Under the pieces are notes generated by a model. It was not told the DNA's origin. It ran no database searches and saw only the letters and a program-made list of their open reading frames with translations. Shown piece after piece: positions 61,607 to 64,000 of a stretch of DNA of 64,000 nucleotides (the stretch's first letter is position 1; each line of letters opens with the position of its first letter). This DNA comes from an uncultured Trueperaceae bacterium (GTDB taxonomy: Bacteria > Deinococcota > Deinococci > Deinococcales > Trueperaceae). A program made the position numbers and the translations under genes. Location: NCBI GenBank assembly GCA_963727505.1, contig CAVSGP010000004.1, positions 896,001-960,000 of the forward strand, in the 5' to 3' direction.

Positions 61607-62536
61607 TCAGCCCAACCCCTCGACCACCCGCCGCACGCCGTGGAGCAGGCGTGCGGGCGTGTCCGGCGGTACGGTGCAGCCAGGCCCGATGATCAAGCCC
61701 GCGCGCCCCGCCTCGGCGACCGCTCGGCGGATGCCCAGCTCCGCCTCGCCGAGCGTCTGCGTAGCGAAGGCGAGCTCGTCGATGCCGCCGATCAGGGCGC
61801 GGTCCGTGAGCTCGCGCGCCTGCGCGAGCGACGGTTCGGCATGGCGGTGCGACCAGCTGAACGCCTCCACCGGGTAGTCCTCCACGCGCTCGAAGGCGAG
61901 GGCGAAACCGTGGACGTGCCCGATCCGCACCATCCCGTGCGCGGCCTCCAGCACCGCGCGGTCGAAGGGGGCGCAGAGCTCGTCGAACTCGCGCCGCTCG
62001 AGCCCGCCATGCTCCACCGGGACCGCGCCGTTGATCGAGTAGAAGACCCCGTCGGCCCCGGCCTCGCGGACGGCGCCGACGTAGCCCACCAGCGTCTCCT
62101 GCACCGCCCGGAGCGCGCTACGAGCGGCGCGCGGCTCGCTCCGCACCAGCGCCAGGACACTCTGGCCGGCCGATCGAATCAGCGTCTGCAACGGATCGAA
62201 CAGTGTCTCGACAACCGGCACGTCAGGACCGACCGCGTCGCGGATGCGGCGCACGACCTCCAGCTGCCCGGACAGCGGCGGGGCGTCCGGCGCCAGCGGC
62301 TTCACCGCGTGCAGCGCGTCGGCCGACGCCAGGTCTGCATCGTCCACGAGCGGGAGGCGGTAGTCGTTCATCACCTTGACGAAATCCCAGTCGTAGGCGC
62401 TCTGATAGCGAACGTGCAGCTCCGCGACCTCGGTCGGCGTCAGGTGCTCACTGGCGAAGTGCAGCCACACGCTGACGGGCGGCCGGTCGGTGTGCGCGCC
62501 GCGCAGCGCAGCCTCGAAGCGCTCTCGCTTGTTCAT
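61607..62536 (-). CDS. Uroporphyrinogen decarboxylase (URO-D/MtaA) superfamily protein
   Basis: MNKRERF..AL.G..DRPPVSVW.HF, ETLFDP, GADGVFY, LIGGID, IIGPGCTVP. Confidence 0.82.
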   Translation of the reverse strand: MNKRERFEAALRGAHTDRPPVSVWLHFASEHLTPTEVAELHVRYQSAYDWDFVKVMNDYRLPLVDDADLASADALHAVKPLAPDAPPLSGQLEVVRRIRDAVGPDVPVVETLFDPLQTLIRSAGQSVLALVRSEPRAARSALRAVQETLVGYVGAVREAGADGVFYSINGAVPVEHGGLERREFDELCAPFDRAVLEAAHGMVRIGHVHGFALAFERVEDYPVEAFSWSHRHAEPSLAQARELTDRALIGGIDELAFATQTLGEAELGIRRAVAEAGRAGLIIGPGCTVPPDTPARLLHGVRRVVEGLG

Positions 62537-62549
62537 GGACACCACCCCT

Positions 62550-63761
62550 TCACACCGGTCCGCAGCACGGGTCGGGACAGCCTTCCGGGAAGCTCCGGCC
62601 GTCGGCCAGCGCCGCACCGAGCTCGGCCCGGGCCCGCGGCCGGCCGGGCAGCGGGGCCCTCAGGTACACCGCCCCGACCGGCCGCGGCCCGACCGGGATG
62701 AGCTTGCGGATCTGGAAGCCGGGCACGTCGATCGCGGCGACCGCGTCGCGCCCGGGCAACGGGACGAACATGGTCGAGCCCGCGTCGCCGCCGTAGAGGA
62801 ACGTGCCGGCCACCGGGCGGCTCCCCGGGGGGAACGGCACCTTCGCCACCACCTTCAGCGCCTGCGTGTCGATCACCGAGACCTCGTCGGACTCACGGCA
62901 GATCACCATGCCATAGCCGCCGTCGGGCGTGATCTCGCTGGTGAGTGGCATCCGCCCGAGCCCGTCGGACGTCGATAGCCGCGCCACCTCTTGCGGGTGC
63001 GCCGGATCGGCGAGATCGAAGATCGACTCACTCCCGGTCGGCGACCCTCCCGACACCACCGCGTTCTCCACGAAGAGAACGTTCCCCGTCGGACTCACGG
63101 TCGCCATGTAGGGCTCCAGCGGACCACCGCCCGCCTTGCGCGCAAGCTGCAAGCGCGAGGCGACCCGGAGGGCGCCGACGTCGACGGTGGTGAGGGTGTC
63201 CCGTCCACGGTCCGGAAGGTAGGCGTAGTCGCCAATGGCGCGAACGGTCACGTCGCACGGCTGCGAGCCCGAGGGCTGGTCGAGGCTGGCGAGAACGGTT
63301 CCGAACGTCGGGCTGGTAGGCTCCGCGTCGACCCGGAGCAGGCGGTCGCGGTCGCGCGCTGCCACCAACAACGCGGCGCCGTCGGGCGTCAACTCGGTGT
63401 AGTTCTGGCTCGAGCCGGTCGCCACGTGCGCCACCCGGCGCCCGCTCGACAGCTGGAAAGCGTCGACCGAGCCGCTCTCGGCGAAACCGCTCCAGATGAG
63501 GTCGCGTTCGGGATCCCAGCGCGTGGCGGGGAAGCTGAAGGCGCCGGCCAGCGGGAGCGTGGCGAGCACCTCGAGGGAGGCCGGGTCGATCAGGGTGACG
63601 CTGGCGCCGCCGTTGTTGGAGACCACGATGAGATCGCGCTTCGGCGCACCCTGCGCGGTTGCGAAGCGCCAGGATCCCAGCGCGAGCAGGGCGGCACTCC
63701 CGACGGCGCCCTTGAGGAACGTCCGTCGCGACGGATCGCGTTCGTCCTTGGAGCTCGCCAT
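62550..63761 (-). CDS. Tat-exported YncE/YVTN-type beta-propeller with Cys-rich C-terminus
   Basis: SRRTFLK Tat motif; VSN...SVTLID, TPDG, VSVID, IPVGPRP blades; ends EGCPDPCCGPV. Confidence 0.8.
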   Translation of the reverse strand: MASSKDERDPSRRTFLKGAVGSAALLALGSWRFATAQGAPKRDLIVVSNNGGASVTLIDPASLEVLATLPLAGAFSFPATRWDPERDLIWSGFAESGSVDAFQLSSGRRVAHVATGSSQNYTELTPDGAALLVAARDRDRLLRVDAEPTSPTFGTVLASLDQPSGSQPCDVTVRAIGDYAYLPDRGRDTLTTVDVGALRVASRLQLARKAGGGPLEPYMATVSPTGNVLFVENAVVSGGSPTGSESIFDLADPAHPQEVARLSTSDGLGRMPLTSEITPDGGYGMVICRESDEVSVIDTQALKVVAKVPFPPGSRPVAGTFLYGGDAGSTMFVPLPGRDAVAAIDVPGFQIRKLIPVGPRPVGAVYLRAPLPGRPRARAELGAALADGRSFPEGCPDPCCGPV

Positions 63762-64000
63762 GCCGCCTCTCCCTTCACGCAGCCGCGCGGGCCTCGGCCA
63801 CCGGTCTTGTCAGCATAGGCCACCGCCAGAGCGTCTGCCGTCATGGCGCGCGCGTGGCACGCGGGCCGGCTCGACCGCGGCACGCAGCACGGCGGACCCA
63901 GGCAACGCAGGGCCGAGCCGGTCCGACCATGACCGCTCCGGCGTGGCTCGCAGCCTCAGCCCACGTCTCGAAGAGCGTCGCGCCAGTCGTCGAGCGGCCG

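Noticed and set aside
61607..62536. Calling this gene hemE
   Set aside because: Lacks the W.MRQAGR N-terminal signature of true uroporphyrinogen decarboxylases

Overview
Very GC-rich chromosomal window with no integrase, transposase, phage gene or CRISPR array that I can see. The source is probably a Deinococcota member, possibly Trueperaceae. This is inferred from Thermus-like psrABC, a Thermus-like 7Fe ferredoxin, a LysW-like protein and '...AQ' signal peptides. The central ~35 kb (8.7-43 kb) reads like a low-oxygen/dormancy and energy-conservation block. It contains a cytoplasmic Cys-containing histidine kinase with a NarL-type regulator, five universal stress protein genes, and a polysulfide reductase operon (TorD-like chaperone, psrABC, exported rhodanese) divergent from a complete [NiFe]-hydrogenase maturation operon with no hydrogenase structural genes. 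It also holds pgm, a K+-independent H+-pyrophosphatase, a ferredoxin, an aeRF1-like (Balon/baeRF-type) protein and a full V/A-type ATPase operon. In the 0.9 kb gap between hppA and the ferredoxin lies a structured non-coding element whose sequence blocks resemble the actinobacterial RNA-polymerase-binding Ms1 RNA; this is the top lead, but the resemblance is from memory and needs a covariance search. The flanks carry carbohydrate genes (SDR + GH15, rbsK-rbsD, a Pot-type ABC operon with an embedded GH63-like hydrolase), a single-chain MurT-GatD fusion, and a Tat beta-propeller/UroD-like/membrane-protein operon. Many starts were reassigned by hand from RBS position and family N-termini because the longest-ORF track over-extends them.
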